A stretch of 64,000 nt of DNA from an uncultured Chloroflexia bacterium (GTDB lineage: Bacteria; Chloroflexota; Anaerolineae; JAAYZQ01): the NCBI GenBank assembly GCA_963700285.1, contig CAVOXA010000014.1:352001-416000 (forward strand), written 5' to 3'. This document shows positions 39,953 to 48,558 of the stretch, in pieces (the first letter of the stretch is position 1; each line of letters begins with the position of its first letter). Under the pieces are notes generated by a model, which worked only from the letters and a program-made list of their open reading frames with translations, searched no databases and was not told the DNA's origin. Position numbers and translations under genes: made by a program.

Positions 39953-40773
39953 GGTTGCACCTGCGCCAGACCCAGGATCTTCCGCGTCTCGCCGGGCGTG
40001 GCCACCGGCCGGCCGAGTTCGGCCGCCAGGCGTGCGACACGGGCAACTAGCTGCTCATTGGTAGCCAGTTCTCCCTTGCGATAGTACAGGTTATCCTCCA
40101 GGCCCACGCGGACGTGACCACCCATGACTATTGCCAGGGCGGCCATCGGCAGTTGCCAGCGACCAGCCCCCGCCACCGTCCAGGTCGAGCCCGGTGGGAT
40201 CGACTCGCTCAGGAACAGCAGGTTTTTGGGTGTGGCCGGCAGCGATCCTGGGATGCCGAGCACAAAATCAAAGTGAAAAGGCGCTACGGCCAAGCCCTTC
40301 TTTGCCAGAAGCAGCGCGTTGGCGATCATGCCAGGTTCAAAGACCTCCATCTCGGGTTTGGTACTCGTTTCCACCATGGCCGCGGCCAGGTAGTCGATGA
40401 CCTCGAAAGGATTGGCATAGACGCGATCGGGAAAGTTCATGGAACCCGTGGTCAGCGAAGCCATCTCGGGCCGGATCAAGCGTACGGCTGCGGCCCGCTG
40501 CTCTGGGTCCATTCCCGCCCGCCCGCCGGTAGAGATCTGGACGATGAGATCGGTGCGCGCGGTGATCTGCTCATGAATGCGAGCAAAGACCTCTGGATCG
40601 AGGGTCGGCCGGCCCTGCCCATCGCGGGCGTGGATATGGATCAGGCTCGCGCCGGCCTCGCGGCAGCAGACGGCGACATCCGAGATCTCTTCCGGTGTTA
40701 CCGGAAGCGCTGGGTTTTGGTCTTTGGTCGGCACATTGCCTGTCGGAGCCACGGTGATGATGAGATTGCTCAT
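39949..40773 (-). CDS. Beta-keto acid cleavage enzyme (BKACE/Kce, DUF849)
   Basis: ITVAPTG, HIHAR, ISTGG, GSMNF, GHVRVGLED. Confidence 0.92.
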   Translation of the reverse strand: MSNLIITVAPTGNVPTKDQNPALPVTPEEISDVAVCCREAGASLIHIHARDGQGRPTLDPEVFARIHEQITARTDLIVQISTGGRAGMDPEQRAAAVRLIRPEMASLTTGSMNFPDRVYANPFEVIDYLAAAMVETSTKPEMEVFEPGMIANALLLAKKGLAVAPFHFDFVLGIPGSLPATPKNLLFLSESIPPGSTWTVAGAGRWQLPMAALAIVMGGHVRVGLEDNLYYRKGELATNEQLVARVARLAAELGRPVATPGETRKILGLAQVQP

Positions 40774-40910
40774 GAGTACGAACCCTCGCCGGTGTTTAGC
40801 TATCACACCGGCCTGAAAGAGCCGGTGTTAGAAAAAGGGCCGGTGCTAGCAATTGAAACCGATAGAAATGTTCCCAGTGGTGCCGGTTTGCAGCGGTGCA
40901 GGGATCGCAC

Positions 40911-42362
40911 TCACCCAGCGAGAATGCCACTTGGAATGCTTTCTCCAATTGCGAGAGGCTGCGCGCCCCGGATCTGAGCCAGCGTGCGTGCCATCTCGTT
41001 GTGTACCAGACTGATCGCCTCGTCCACTCCCATGCCCGGCTTGGCCATGATGATCTCTGGCCGCGTTGCCAGGGCGACGTGGGCAGACACCCGGGCCGAG
41101 AGATCCGTTTCGATGTAGCTTCCGCCCAGGAAGGCACCTATACCACCTCTTTTGCAGGCCAACACTGCCTCCACGACATTGTGAATACCACCCAGGTCCG
41201 GCATCTTGATCTGGATCATGTCCGCCGCTCGCGCTTCTACAAAGGCGCAAATGTCCTCCAGGGTGTTGGCCCATTCGTCGGCCACCAGTTGAACCCGCAT
41301 CTTTCGCAGTGCAACATAGTTGCGCAGTGTCTTCATGGTCTCGATCTGGGCGGCGCGGCTGTCCAGGACCATGGGGCTCTCGATGCGGAGCTGGTAGGGT
41401 TGGGCCGCGGTCTCCCAGGCGTAAAGGAGCCCCAACATGCGACCCAGGCTGTGCTCGCAGATCTGCGCCAGGGCGCCGTGCACATCAAGGTGAATCGCCG
41501 GATGATAATCCTCCCCGCCCAGCTCGCCAATCCTGCCAGACAGCCAGCGGATATAGCGCGTTAGCTCTGTACCGTCCATCCCGAGCTGTCCAGGAATGTC
41601 ATCCACCAGAGCATGGGGCAGGGAAGCAACCCGGCGAGCGATCATCTTTTCCGCGTTGTAGTAGCGCTCGCTGCCCGATTGTGCGTGAATGGGGATGGCC
41701 GCATCAGGCAATGAAAGCTCCCACTCAGCGGATACTACTTCGGCCATCGTTGTCCCACGAGCAAGAGCCACAGCCTGGAGCAGAGCCTGGCCGAGGCCAT
41801 AGCGCACCGCCGCATGCAGCGGGCGTTGGACGACGACGGTGTCTGTGGCCGCCCCTTCTTCCTGGGCCGCGCGCAACAACTTGGCGGGCGCCGTGATGAG
41901 GGCCCGTCGGGAGAAACCCTGGCTACGATCGGCGGGAGGCTGAGGTGGTGTGGGACTGCTGATTTCGACGCGCTCGGTGAGGGAGTCAATCTGTGCCGAG
42001 AGGGCGCGAAAGCTGGTTAGCTCGCGGCCCTGGAGCGCCGGAGCCACGACGCGCTGGATGGTGTCCAGGCCGTTCTCAGCACGAAAGACAGGATCGCGCC
42101 CAGATTTGGCGGCGTAGGCTACGGCCACGCAGTCACCCCAGGCGACACGTTTGCTTTGCCCTGAGGCGGTTGCGGGTTCATCCAGTACCAGACCCACCGA
42201 CACGACCTCGGCGACCTCGCGGACCGCACGGAATCCGGGCGTGACAGGCGCGGCCGTGAACCTCAATGGCAAAGGCACGTGTTCAGCCTGAAGGGCGGCC
42301 AGGTCGTCATAGTAACCCGCGCCAACGGCCGGTACGGCCAGTACCTGCTTGATGGAGGTCAA
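40911..42362 (-). CDS. mal: Methylaspartate ammonia-lyase homologue with altered active site
   Basis: YYDD, GDC, GRDP, LH.AVRYG, AQSG, LPHAL, HLDV, RIE.PM, VADEW, QIK.PDLGG, AKPGMGVDE. The TTG start overlaps the upstream stop (TTGA). Confidence 0.88.
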   Translation of the reverse strand: MTSIKQVLAVPAVGAGYYDDLAALQAEHVPLPLRFTAAPVTPGFRAVREVAEVVSVGLVLDEPATASGQSKRVAWGDCVAVAYAAKSGRDPVFRAENGLDTIQRVVAPALQGRELTSFRALSAQIDSLTERVEISSPTPPQPPADRSQGFSRRALITAPAKLLRAAQEEGAATDTVVVQRPLHAAVRYGLGQALLQAVALARGTTMAEVVSAEWELSLPDAAIPIHAQSGSERYYNAEKMIARRVASLPHALVDDIPGQLGMDGTELTRYIRWLSGRIGELGGEDYHPAIHLDVHGALAQICEHSLGRMLGLLYAWETAAQPYQLRIESPMVLDSRAAQIETMKTLRNYVALRKMRVQLVADEWANTLEDICAFVEARAADMIQIKMPDLGGIHNVVEAVLACKRGGIGAFLGGSYIETDLSARVSAHVALATRPEIIMAKPGMGVDEAISLVHNEMARTLAQIRGAQPLAIGESIPSGILAG

Positions 42363-43351
42363 GACCAAGGTTCCATGGAAATGGCCGAGGAGGGGCAGGC
42401 ATTGGCGCAAAGACCACAACCCCAGCACCTCTCCGGATCATAGCGTACCTGGTCCTTGGTTTTGCCCTCGACCTCTATGATTGCCCCGTCGTGGTAGAAG
42501 GCGTCAAAGTGACAGCGCTTCACACATGCGCCACAGAGGTTGCAGAGATCGGCATCATAGACGGCGATGTAGCGACTCCTGGGCCAGATGCCCTTGCTGC
42601 CTAGCTCCTGGGCGGCCCGAAAGGGATAGCAGTCACAGGCACAGCAATTGCAGATGGCGTGCAGGCCCCTCGTCCGCCATTCACTGTCGCCGGTGTGCAT
42701 CAGGCCTTTTTTGTCCGCCCAGCGGACGAGTTCTATGGCCTCATCGACGGTTACCCGCCGCCCATGACCCCTGGCCAACGCCCCCAAGGCACCTTCGTCC
42801 ATCCAGGTACAGACTTCCACTGGCCGGTCGCAGTGCTGTCCCAACCGCCGGCAATCACAGGGCTGGATGACAATGTGCTGGGCGGCTCTGAGCATCTCCT
42901 CTACCTCGCCCAGAAGCAGCACGGTATCGTTGGGCAGAGCATTCTCGGCTTCCAGGCCCTGCATCTTGCGCTGGATGTTGGTCCGGTGCCGGGAGATGAA
43001 CTCGTCCAGGAACCGGCGGTCGATTCGCTGGCGATCCTCCGCGGGTATGTCATCCCAGTTTTCGTGGATGGCAAAGTGGTTCAAGAAAGTGTAAAAGCTG
43101 GTGGGAGAGTAGGCCGTACCATCAGCCTGTTCCTCCTTGTCCACGATGGAGCGTTCATAGCAGCGATGCAGCAAGGCGGCGGCCTGGTCGTGCTGGAGGC
43201 CCAGCAGCTCGGATACTTGCGACTGAGTCACCAACCTATCATGAGTTGAGACCACCAGTTGCATTTCCAGATCATCGAACATGATCGGAAGGTAGGGCTC
43301 AACCTCTTCCCACACGCCAAATACACTCACAAAGGCATCTACCAATGCCAT
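42359..43351 (-). CDS. Multi-Cys 4Fe-4S binding protein
   Basis: CDCR...C, ICNCCACDC, CNLCGACVKRC, CWGCGLCANACP. Confidence 0.85.
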   Translation of the reverse strand: MALVDAFVSVFGVWEEVEPYLPIMFDDLEMQLVVSTHDRLVTQSQVSELLGLQHDQAAALLHRCYERSIVDKEEQADGTAYSPTSFYTFLNHFAIHENWDDIPAEDRQRIDRRFLDEFISRHRTNIQRKMQGLEAENALPNDTVLLLGEVEEMLRAAQHIVIQPCDCRRLGQHCDRPVEVCTWMDEGALGALARGHGRRVTVDEAIELVRWADKKGLMHTGDSEWRTRGLHAICNCCACDCYPFRAAQELGSKGIWPRSRYIAVYDADLCNLCGACVKRCHFDAFYHDGAIIEVEGKTKDQVRYDPERCWGCGLCANACPSSAISMEPWS

Positions 43352-43382
43352 CTGACTATCTCCAGTCTGCAGGAATCTGCTG

Positions 43383-44834
43383 CTAGCTCTGTCCATTGAT
43401 CCAGGCCTGCTCACGCTGAACAATCTGCTTGATCGCCCGCTGAACCTCTGGCGGCAGGGGCTCGGGCTGGTGGCTCTCCAAGATCTTGTTCACCTGTTGG
43501 GCTGCCCTTTCCTCCATGGGCGTAGCACCCCGTTCCACCCATTGAGCGTGCGTGCCCTTGTCAGCAAGCTTGGAGTAGTAAGGCTCGCGAAAGTGCCTCA
43601 GGGTGTGCTGATGGCCAAGATAGTCGCCTTCCGGACCCAGCTCGTCGATGACATCCAGGGCCAGGGTCTCGTCGTCCACCGGCACACCGGCCGTGGCGGC
43701 TCGAAGCCAGCCAATCGTGTCGTTGGCCATGACCTGCAACTGGAGGGAGCCCTGCAGTCCGGAATCCATGAAGCCAACGTCATGGACGAGATTAGCCCCG
43801 TGAAGAAGGGCCGTCATCAGGCTGATGGTCGCTTCCATGCCACATTGATGATCCAAGACTTTGGAATCGGTCGAGCCTCCCAGACCAAAAACGGGCAGAT
43901 CATAATACCGGCCCATCTCGGTGGGGACTCCCTGTTCGTCCGCCAGGACATAGTTGCCGACCATCGTCTTGAGATTGTAAGGACCGCCGTTCCAACCTGG
44001 GACCGCCACAGGCGTTCCCGCACGGACCAATTGGGCCAGAACGATGCCCAGCAGCGTACCGGCATTCATGGAAGCCATGCAGCCAGCCGTCGTGGCCGGT
44101 GAGTTGACGCCTCCGGCATTGAGGGGAATGTAGAGCATGGGCAGGCCTTTGGCGGCCAGGTACATGCACTTGCGCAGCGCCTCCTCGTTGGCGACGAGGC
44201 CAGAGGTAACATTGATGTAGCAGGTGGCAAAGGGACGTTTCTGGAAGGCCTCGTCACCGCCGGCTACGGCTTCGCACATCTCGATGGCGGCCACGCAGCC
44301 CTCAAAGTCAGGGGTGACAAAGACGATGGGCTTGGTTGTACCGTTGAGCATGACCTCCATTTGATAGCGGTCATAGATGCGCTGATCGACGTCCTCGGGC
44401 AGGAAGAGCGACATGACAAACTCGATCTCGGGTAGGGCATCCATGACGGCCACAGCCTCGACTACGTCCCGGAGCACGGGCCGTCGCCGCTGTCCGGTGC
44501 GATGGTCAAGGACATTGAGACAGTCGGAGCCGCCGCCGCAATAAGTCCTGTAGCCCCAGGCCCGAATGGCAACCTGCCCGTGGCGGTCATGGAGGGTCAT
44601 GCCTTTGGGGGCAAGGGAGAGCGCCTTTTCCACCATATAGGCCGGAATACGGACGCGGACGCCCTCCACCTGCGCTCCGGCCCTGGCCAGCAGATCTCGC
44701 GCTGCTGCGTGATGCGCATCGACGCCAACACGCTCCAAGATCTCCAGGCTGGCCATGTGGATCTTTTCGCATTCGGCCCGGCTCATACGGGCATAGTGGG
44801 CACTCGTCCGGCTCGAACCATGGGTTTCGATCAT
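43383..44834 (-). CDS. MttB-superfamily methyltransferase 2 (non-pyrrolysine)
   Basis: IHMASLEILE, GGSDC, GGSTDSK, GANLVHDVG. Confidence 0.92.
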   Translation of the reverse strand: MIETHGSSRTSAHYARMSRAECEKIHMASLEILERVGVDAHHAAARDLLARAGAQVEGVRVRIPAYMVEKALSLAPKGMTLHDRHGQVAIRAWGYRTYCGGGSDCLNVLDHRTGQRRRPVLRDVVEAVAVMDALPEIEFVMSLFLPEDVDQRIYDRYQMEVMLNGTTKPIVFVTPDFEGCVAAIEMCEAVAGGDEAFQKRPFATCYINVTSGLVANEEALRKCMYLAAKGLPMLYIPLNAGGVNSPATTAGCMASMNAGTLLGIVLAQLVRAGTPVAVPGWNGGPYNLKTMVGNYVLADEQGVPTEMGRYYDLPVFGLGGSTDSKVLDHQCGMEATISLMTALLHGANLVHDVGFMDSGLQGSLQLQVMANDTIGWLRAATAGVPVDDETLALDVIDELGPEGDYLGHQHTLRHFREPYYSKLADKGTHAQWVERGATPMEERAAQQVNKILESHQPEPLPPEVQRAIKQIVQREQAWINGQS

Positions 44835-44877
44835 GCTACTCGCCTCATTCTCAAGATAGAGCGACCTACGGGAGGCA

Positions 44878-45663
44878 CTAGACGTGCCCGTAGTAGTCGC
44901 GATGCACCGCCACGGAGTAGGCATAGTCCAGGAGCGTACCCCAGGTGAATATGGGGATGTCGATCTCACGCTGAATGGCACGAGCGAAAGGCTGCATGCC
45001 GGTGCATTCCAGCATCATGGCCCCCATGTTGGGGTGAGAACCGTAGAAATCAACGGCGACCTGGACGAATTCCTGTTCGGCTTTGTCATAGTAGGCACCC
45101 GGCGGATCGGTCCGCTCGGGCTCGTACCACAGGTGCTCGAACTCGGGGCAGCGACCATCGTCCTCGGCTCCAGCGACCACATAGTTGCTGCCCGGCTGGA
45201 TGCCGACCGATTCCAGGTGGACCGGCAGCAACTGGGCCTCACGCGCCACGAGAATGCCAACAACCCTTTGCGGCCCGATGAGCTGTTGGGCAAAGGGCAC
45301 TTGCAGCAAGCTGGACAAGAATACAGGCACATCGACAAAGCCAGCGATGGCCTTTTGAAAGTAGGCAAAATAGCCGCATTCGGCGGCGACGGCCCGGCAG
45401 CCCATGCCCTCCAGTTTTTTGGCGGCGCGCTGGATGGGCTCCAGACAAGGCGATTTGTCCTCCTCGTGGACCAGGGCCCAGATGTCCACTCCCTCGGCAA
45501 TCTCGTACTGGATCGGGAAGGGGAAGGCGCTGGCGTTGCGCACGTCGCCAGGGAAACCAGGGTAGACGTCGTCCAGGATGATGATGCCCAAGCCCATGCC
45601 ATAGCAGCGATGGTCTTTGCGGGCCTTGATATAGTTGATGCCCATGTCTCGATTTTGATACAT
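44878..45663 (-). CDS. Asp/Glu/hydantoin racemase family protein A
   Basis: GIIILD..P..PGDVRNA, AECGYF, SSLLQVP, LECTGM (two Cys). Confidence 0.8.
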   Translation of the reverse strand: MYQNRDMGINYIKARKDHRCYGMGLGIIILDDVYPGFPGDVRNASAFPFPIQYEIAEGVDIWALVHEEDKSPCLEPIQRAAKKLEGMGCRAVAAECGYFAYFQKAIAGFVDVPVFLSSLLQVPFAQQLIGPQRVVGILVAREAQLLPVHLESVGIQPGSNYVVAGAEDDGRCPEFEHLWYEPERTDPPGAYYDKAEQEFVQVAVDFYGSHPNMGAMMLECTGMQPFARAIQREIDIPIFTWGTLLDYAYSVAVHRDYYGHV

Positions 45664-45705
45664 CAGAGCTACCTACCTTTCTTCTTGGGGTGCTAGCGGT
45701 TTGCT

Positions 45706-47076
45706 TCAGGCGGGCTTGTCCCGCGGGCCGGGCGGGATCCAGGCTGGGCGCGCTTTGGAGGCAGGAAGGTGCCCATAGAAGGCCTCGTCCATGCGCACCG
45801 CCGCCCGGCGGGCCATGCCCGAGTGCCTGGCCGCCCAGCGCACGGCGTTGTGCATCACGTTGTCGGGGTGCGCATAGGGACAGACCGACATGCAGCGGGC
45901 ACAGTCTGTGCCGACCGCATTCCAGTAGCGATAGCAGATCGCGTCCTTGATGCGCCAGCGCAGCGCGCCATCGATCTCCACCCGATCGCCCTGAGGGATG
46001 GCGTGCGGCGGACAGCAATCGGCACATTTCGAGCAAATGCTGCAAAAGTCCAGGACAGACCTGTCCTCACCCCGCCCATCTGGGACCAGGGGAAGGTCGG
46101 TGGTCACCACGCCGAGGCGCACGCGGGGACCCAGACCAGGTGTCATCAGCAACCCCATACGGCCAATTTCACCCAGACCAGCGTCCCGAGCAACCAGCGG
46201 TGCAACGACGCGATAGTTCCCGTCAATGTGGGCGCGGGCCGGATAGCCCAGATTTCGGATAAAGTTGGCCAGTTGAACAGCCACCTTGGCCGATTCCACG
46301 TACTGCTTGGCTGACTCCATGACGGTCGGGGCGTAGGGCGCCGTGCTCACCAGGTCAAGATCCATTTCCACAGTGAAGGCAATGCCGTAGCGATGATCGA
46401 GGCTAATGGGAGCCCCATACTGGCCACTGCCGCGACCGATGTGGGAGTAGAGGTGGTAGGGCTGCATCAAGGCAATGCCGACAGACAGAGCGCCATAGTA
46501 GGACGTCAGATCTTTGACAAAGTCTGTCATGGATGGGGCATCCACTTCAAGGGACTCTGTGGCCAGGGAGCCATCCACCGCGTCGTGGAGCGCTTCTGTC
46601 AACCCAAAACTGGCGTCGGTGGAGGCAAAAACGAGAGGATGGTAGGCGCTGGACCTTGGAGATAGCAGGCCAGGCAGGGACCGGGTCTTGTCGTCACCGT
46701 CCTTGTTCGCTGGCCGCATGGCATAGTAGGCGCCATAGTCCGGGCTGCCCGGCTGGAGCCGGCCGCGGGCGAACATGATGTCCCGCTCGTCGATGCGTAC
46801 CTGCGGCACATCATTGCCTCGCTGCCTGCGGCCAACTGGCAGAAGAAAGAGTAGGAGCCCAGTAGTCAACGCCAGAGCAGCGATTGACAGGACAAGCCCT
46901 TGGACCCACACCGGCAAAAAGATGGACAGAAAGAAGGGAATCGAGCCTATGGCTGCGGCCGCAAAGGCTATACCCGCCGCGCGCTTTTCGCCCTCGAGCA
47001 GGGATGTGACGCCAAAGGCGACAAAACCTGCCAGGATGATAGCGCCTAGAAGCGCCAAAGCCAGAACAAGGACCAT
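45706..47076 (-). CDS. Membrane-anchored reductive dehalogenase/epoxyqueuosine reductase-like cobalamin 2x[4Fe-4S] protein
   Basis: AGLGEIGRMG...GPRVRL..VTTDLPL, FCSICSKCADCCP, CARCMSVCP; three N-terminal TM segments; no Tat motif. Confidence 0.85.
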   Translation of the reverse strand: MVLVLALALLGAIILAGFVAFGVTSLLEGEKRAAGIAFAAAAIGSIPFFLSIFLPVWVQGLVLSIAALALTTGLLLFLLPVGRRQRGNDVPQVRIDERDIMFARGRLQPGSPDYGAYYAMRPANKDGDDKTRSLPGLLSPRSSAYHPLVFASTDASFGLTEALHDAVDGSLATESLEVDAPSMTDFVKDLTSYYGALSVGIALMQPYHLYSHIGRGSGQYGAPISLDHRYGIAFTVEMDLDLVSTAPYAPTVMESAKQYVESAKVAVQLANFIRNLGYPARAHIDGNYRVVAPLVARDAGLGEIGRMGLLMTPGLGPRVRLGVVTTDLPLVPDGRGEDRSVLDFCSICSKCADCCPPHAIPQGDRVEIDGALRWRIKDAICYRYWNAVGTDCARCMSVCPYAHPDNVMHNAVRWAARHSGMARRAAVRMDEAFYGHLPASKARPAWIPPGPRDKPA

Positions 47077-47103
47077 CAGGAATCCCTTTCGCAGCCGTAG
47101 GTT

Positions 47104-48558
47104 CTATCTGTTGGCAATGTCTTGCAGTTTCTGCACCACAGCAGAAGGCAACGGAGCACCAGTCCGGTGGTTCGCGAGGATCTCCCGCACCTCATGGTTT
47201 GCCCGCTGCTGCACCGTGGTCCCTCCTTTAGACTGCCAACGCAAGTAGTTGTTGCGATCCATGAGTCTCGGCACCCAATCATCACGGACGTGCTGAAGCG
47301 TGTGCCTGGATTCCACAAAGTTGCCATCGGGCCCGATCTGGTGGATGAGATCCAGAGCCAGCGTGTCCTCGCTGATCTCCAGCTTGCTCAGATAGCGTCT
47401 GAGCCAGCCGACGAGCTCGTCGCAATACAGGAGGAACTCGAGCGAACCGGTCGTCGCGCAGTCCAGATAGCCTAGATCATGGACCAGGTTGACGCCATTT
47501 ATCGCGTTGTCAAAGAGCGTCAACGCAGCCTCGGAGGCCGCCTGGGCATCAAAAACCTTGCTATCGCTGCAACCTCCAATCCCGAAGGTTGGTATCCCGT
47601 AGTAATGGGCCAGGTCCCAGCAAAAGGGACCCGAATCCGGCGCAGCATAGAGGCTGACCATCGAGCGCATGTCCATGCCACCTCCGCCTGGGTCGGCACG
47701 GAGGAAGGGCGAACCCTCGCGCTTGAGTTGGGACAGAACCAGACCCGCCAACTGTCCCGCATTGCCCACTGCCAGCGCCGCGGCGACCGTCATGGGTGCC
47801 ATGGTGCCCCGCGACTTGCTGGGCGAATAGATGGTCGGCAGGTTGCGCTCGGCAGCGTACAACAGCCTGCTCACACTTTCATCGTTGTGCTGAAACGCCG
47901 ACACAACGTTCACATAGTTGACGATGAAGGGATAGCGCTCCAGTTGCTCCAGCCCACCGGCAACGGCACTGGCCATATCTATGGCGTAGACGGTGCTGGA
48001 TGCCTCGAGGCCTACAAACACGATGGGTTTGGTACTTTCTTGCAGCATGACGGCCATCTGGTGCCGCTCGTACGCCTCGTCGGGCACGTCTGAGGGCATG
48101 AACATGGACATGATAAAATCGTAGCACGGCAAGGAATCAACCAGGCGGACCGCCTGGACCACGTCGTCCAGAACAGCCAGGCGGCGCTCAGCCGTATCCA
48201 GGTCCCAGATGTAGCTGCAGTCAGACCCTGGACCAAAGTAGGTGCGATAGCCACCAAGGGCCATGGCCCGCCTGCCAGTCTGGTCGAAGATGGTGATGTT
48301 CTTGGGCACTGTGTGGAGCGCCCAGTCCACGAGATTGGGCTGGATGCGCACCAGGGTACCATCGCTAACAGTGGCCCCGGCCTTTTTGAATAGGTCGAGG
48401 GCCTCCTGATTATGGAAGCGCATGCCGGTACGGGCCATGATCTCCAGGCTCGCCTCGTGCAGCAGGCAGATCTGGTCCTCGGTCAGGCTACGGAACTGCA
48501 CTGGACGGTACTGGCTGCAGCGGTCATAGGGCGCAGGGCCTCGCGGTCTTTTAGCCAT
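47104..48558 (-). CDS. MttB-superfamily methyltransferase 3 (non-pyrrolysine)
   Basis: LHEASLEIM, FGPGSDC, GGCSDSK, NLVHDLGYLD. Confidence 0.92.
   Translation of the reverse strand: MAKRPRGPAPYDRCSQYRPVQFRSLTEDQICLLHEASLEIMARTGMRFHNQEALDLFKKAGATVSDGTLVRIQPNLVDWALHTVPKNITIFDQTGRRAMALGGYRTYFGPGSDCSYIWDLDTAERRLAVLDDVVQAVRLVDSLPCYDFIMSMFMPSDVPDEAYERHQMAVMLQESTKPIVFVGLEASSTVYAIDMASAVAGGLEQLERYPFIVNYVNVVSAFQHNDESVSRLLYAAERNLPTIYSPSKSRGTMAPMTVAAALAVGNAGQLAGLVLSQLKREGSPFLRADPGGGGMDMRSMVSLYAAPDSGPFCWDLAHYYGIPTFGIGGCSDSKVFDAQAASEAALTLFDNAINGVNLVHDLGYLDCATTGSLEFLLYCDELVGWLRRYLSKLEISEDTLALDLIHQIGPDGNFVESRHTLQHVRDDWVPRLMDRNNYLRWQSKGGTTVQQRANHEVREILANHRTGAPLPSAVVQKLQDIANR

Noticed and set aside
38630-42362. 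Canonical lysine or glutamate fermentation operon
   Set aside because: No lysine aminomutases, Kdd/Kal or glutamate mutase in the window, and specificity residues of the Kce and MAL homologues differ.
45706-47076. Respiratory reductive dehalogenase (organohalide respiration)
   Set aside because: No Tat signal, no rdhB or accessory genes; the context is amine and amino acid catabolism.
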